Below are positions 60,372-64,000 of a stretch of DNA of 64,000 nt, piece after piece. The stretch lies in contig CAIIXF020000001.1 of NCBI GenBank assembly GCA_903813345.2, forward strand, positions 23,746,001-23,810,000, written 5' to 3'. How positions within the stretch are numbered: the first letter of the stretch is position 1; each line of letters starts with the position of its first letter. The translations under genes and the position numbers were made by a program. The notes under the pieces are model-generated. The model was not told the DNA's origin and did not search any database. It was given only the letters and a program-made list of their open reading frames with translations. The DNA is from Owenia fusiformis (Eukaryota).

Positions 60372-61369
60372 TAGATGATGAATGTACAGCCCAGCTTTCA
60401 AACTGATTGATAGTGAATCCATCTAAGTGATAATTACTTAAAAATAATATGTTTTCTGACAGGATTAAATTAATAAAGCTAAAATCGTACAGATTACCTT
60501 GGCAGGTGTACAAGGTTGGCAAGGGAATGATCAATACACCAGTCCATATCAAAGAATGCTAAACATTAAAAAAACAATTTCCCCTTGACAAGCTTGAACA
60601 ATTACCTTCTCCAAACCAATTCTGTCTTCAGATGCAGGGATCTATAAGATAGTATAGGGTAACAAGCCCAATATTGCAAACTATGATCTAACACCCAAAG
60701 TAACAATGTGTTATACCCCACTCCCCAATATTCAGGGAGCATTTGCACAATCTAAAACCAAAAGACAGCGAAAACATGCCAATCATAAAATAAGTCATTG
60801 CAATACTTGTTGAAGAAAAAAAGACAAGCATCTCGACATTGAAAATACAGAGAAAGATAAGTGTAGACCATTACTCATACAAGACGGATCAAAGAAAGAA
60901 AAGTCAAATCCTAAAAGCTCAAAATGGGTGTGGCCTTGATGCCTCTAAAAATGATTTACCAACGTGAAAGTCTCATACATCCTTGAATTTATGAAGCATG
61001 GTTAGGTTATGATGATCGAGGAACTGAGGAATGAATCATTGTGAATGCCTCTCCATCAGTCTGATTAACTGGCTTATTAGAGCAGGGTTAGAATATCACG
61101 ACAGGCTTATCCTCTTATGAAATCAAATCTTGTCATTTTTATTGCATCATAAATGGACTTGGGGACTGCCAACAGATGGCGTATATTGCAGTTTCTTAGA
61201 TCGAGTTACATTAATCAATAGTTCTTCAAAATAGGTATCACTGAAAATACCAAATGTTTTTTTTGAGAACAGAATTATAAAAAGAAAATTAATATTACTT
61301 TGATAAATGATTTTCAATCAACCAATTTGTGAACTGCCAGCGTTGTGAGCCGAAACGGCCATTCACACT

Positions 61370-61393
61370 TACCCTGCGTGAATGCAAAGGGTA
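61370..61393. mobile_element. 24-bp ends-only member of the same micro-MITE family
   Basis: ATTCACACT|TACCCTGCGTGAATGCAAAGGGTA|ATTTACACT. Confidence 0.75.
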
Positions 61394-64000
61394 ATTTACA
61401 CTTCGCAATAAGATCTATTTTTGAGTTAAATGTTCCTCTGATCTGAGACTTGTGCCTGAGTTTTACAATTTATATTGCAAGTAAAACGATTAAACTGCAT
61501 ATTGGGAGATGGTATTTTGAATCTAAGCAGTTTTTAATATTAGTTCAGAGATATAATCTTTTAAATGAATAAGAAGAGATAGCGATTGTAAATGTTAAAT
61601 CAATATCTTCAAACATTAAATCATACTTATGTTTCCCTAAGAATCCTAATTCTATATTGTTAAAAATTGAGATAATTGATCAAATATAATAGTTATTGAA
61701 AATTTAAGATGCAGAAATGTTCAAATTCCTTAGAAATAAAAATGGAAACGCCCCTGCTATGTATGAGACGGACAGAGGGCTTCACTATATCCTTATGAAA
61801 CTTTGTTGGGATAATGAACATAGTCACTAAGACCAGATTCAAAAATGACTATCTATCTTTGATTGAAGAGCAAATGTCAGTTGATTAAGCAAAACAACTT
61901 TTTAAATCAATATTTAAGCAATAAAATATGATAAAGTATGAACTATGAAGCTAAGTACAAAGTTAATGTTTAAAACAATGATTGTTCCAATTACCCGGGC
62001 ATTGGTATTATGAAATTGCTTTGATTGTGTTTTTGTATATCACATTTTATGTGTACACGGTAATTAATTACTGGCAACAATTCAACTTGAACCACCATAC
62101 ATAAATAGAGATATGTTCTTTTATTTCAAAAACATTTGTTTCACATGACTGTTTGATAAATTGCCTAATATGCCCGAGGTCCTCCGACCTCCTTATGAGG
62201 ACAGGAAATACTAGGACTATTAAATACGTTCTTACCTGTAGAGTGTCATTTATTAATGTACGGTAATTGATTTCAGATTAACCCCTCCCCAAATATCAAA
62301 TGAACAATCATGTTTTTCTTCTCAAATAAACTGATTTGATTGCTGCTCCTTTGCTAACAAACAGTCTTGAACGTTATTCATTCAAATATAAATACACTGG
62401 CGGATCCAGGGGGGGGGGGGGCAAAAAATTTGTAGGGACTCAGAAAATGGGCATATTTTGGCACAAGGCAATGAAAAAGCTTCCTTCAGATATAATTCCT
62501 GTAATGTCCTTCCAATCTTAGAATACAGTCAGTATTTATATACATTAACATGCTATTATACCCCCGATTATACCATGTGTTTCAACTGCAATTTTACAAA
62601 GATGGACACCTATAAGGCCACGATCACTGGTGACAGAGTCCATCTGTACTTATTTGAATAAATTGCAATTAAATCTGTTGAAAATATAAGATAACCTATG
62701 AATCTTTTGAAATGAAAAACTACACACTTTAAGATGGATAAATAGCATTCAGTCTAAATATTATTTTAATATAATATAAATATACATCCAATAATTTATT
62801 AATACACAAATACATATTTATGATGACAATAGCCTTTATTGCAAAAATGTATCAGCAAAAAGGACTCCATGAAAGACATTGAAAGTCTTGCCTCAAGACC
62901 CTGGACCCAACCCTGCTTCGACAACAGTTGAAGTAGATAAGAGGGGGGGGGGGTCTTGAACCAAAACTATTACACGAAGAGTTAATCATCATTTGCAACC
63001 CCAGCTGCTCCTTACTATAATGAATATACATGTAGTCATTTTTTTTACTTGTGTTCTCATGTAGCGTGAACTAAAGTTAATGTACATTAAACATCACAAT
63101 TTATACTATTAAATATTAGACCCATTCAGGTTAATTAATTGTTTAGTGTGCATAAATCAAAAAGACTCAGTGACCAAGATAAAATTGTATCATAAGATAA
63201 AGGGGCTGATGTCTTGTACTTATGACAAAGATGTGCAAAGAGATATGACAAGATTATAAAGCCAAGAAAAGCTCGTTTGAAGGTTTTTCGATAATCCAGG
63301 AAGTATCTCTAAACAGATAATTAATTTGCATGGGCCTTATAATAAAACAAGGCTATGAAAATGCTATAAATATAATGCCTTGAACTGAACACAATTCTGG
63401 CTAGTCATATTATATTTATGTTCACGATTATTACTCACAGCATTTTGTATCAAAATTATGGATTCATTTACCACGCTGGGTGAAGGCAACTCAATGCAAA
63501 CACTTACAGAGAGCTGAATTGCTTCAGATTAATTTTGATTTGATATTAAAAAACAAAGCCAATTTGAAAAAGAAATTTTCAGGTTTGATTTTCTGAAGCT
63601 TGTTCATATACATATACAATTGTACATGTACATTTTTAGCATTAGGTAACTTATCTTAAACAATTAGCATAGGTTAACTTGTCTTAAATATATGTAAATT
63701 GAGCCTTCCATGCCAGGGGCCTAGAAAGGGAGAAAATATTTCACAAAAAGTAGTTCTGTTAATTTTTGATATTTTCAAATGTTGCATCTGCCTTTACCAG
63801 CGTGATTAATGACAGCAGCTATAGAGAAATTCATGTTGAGATTTTAATAGTTTTACGTGTGTTGTTTTCAATGACAATTTTATCCTGGTAATTCTCAGTA
63901 CTAGGCAACCGTTTCCGTGGCAGCCTAGGTATAGGGTCAGCATGCAGAGAATCTGTCGTTGTGTTAATCATAACGAATCCATTCTCAGTGAAACAATTCT

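Overview
AT-rich eukaryotic genomic DNA with GT-AG introns; the repeat types and gene families suggest a marine invertebrate, probably a lophotrochozoan (inference). Five genes are present. (1) The first two coding exons of a CC2D1/Lgd homologue (- strand, running off the left edge). (2) Head-to-head with it, a 15-exon REXO1 DEDDh RNA exonuclease (+, 4358-29539, 1538 aa by my exon assembly). (3) An intronless somatomedin-B-domain glycoprotein gene nested antisense in REXO1 intron 10, split by a 605-bp MITE with an 8-bp TSD. (4) An intronless SLC22 transporter. (5) An intronless vasopressin/CCAP-superfamily neuropeptide GPCR. Introns and intergenic DNA hold many non-autonomous DNA transposons, often nested: Helentron/HINE-like, a decayed Academ-like element, and hAT-, Tc1/mariner-, Transib-, Kolobok- and MULE-like MITEs. 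The most unusual feature is a 23-copy tandem array of the REXO1 exon-8 splice acceptor, mostly reading CAG|GTA|GTGAGT. One unit of it is also copied into a neighbouring transposon, and a second, decayed acceptor array lies before exon 10. A micro-transposon family shrinks to 24 bp while keeping a 9-bp TSD. No prokaryotic-type system (CRISPR etc.) was seen. All family assignments come from motif recognition, not database searches.
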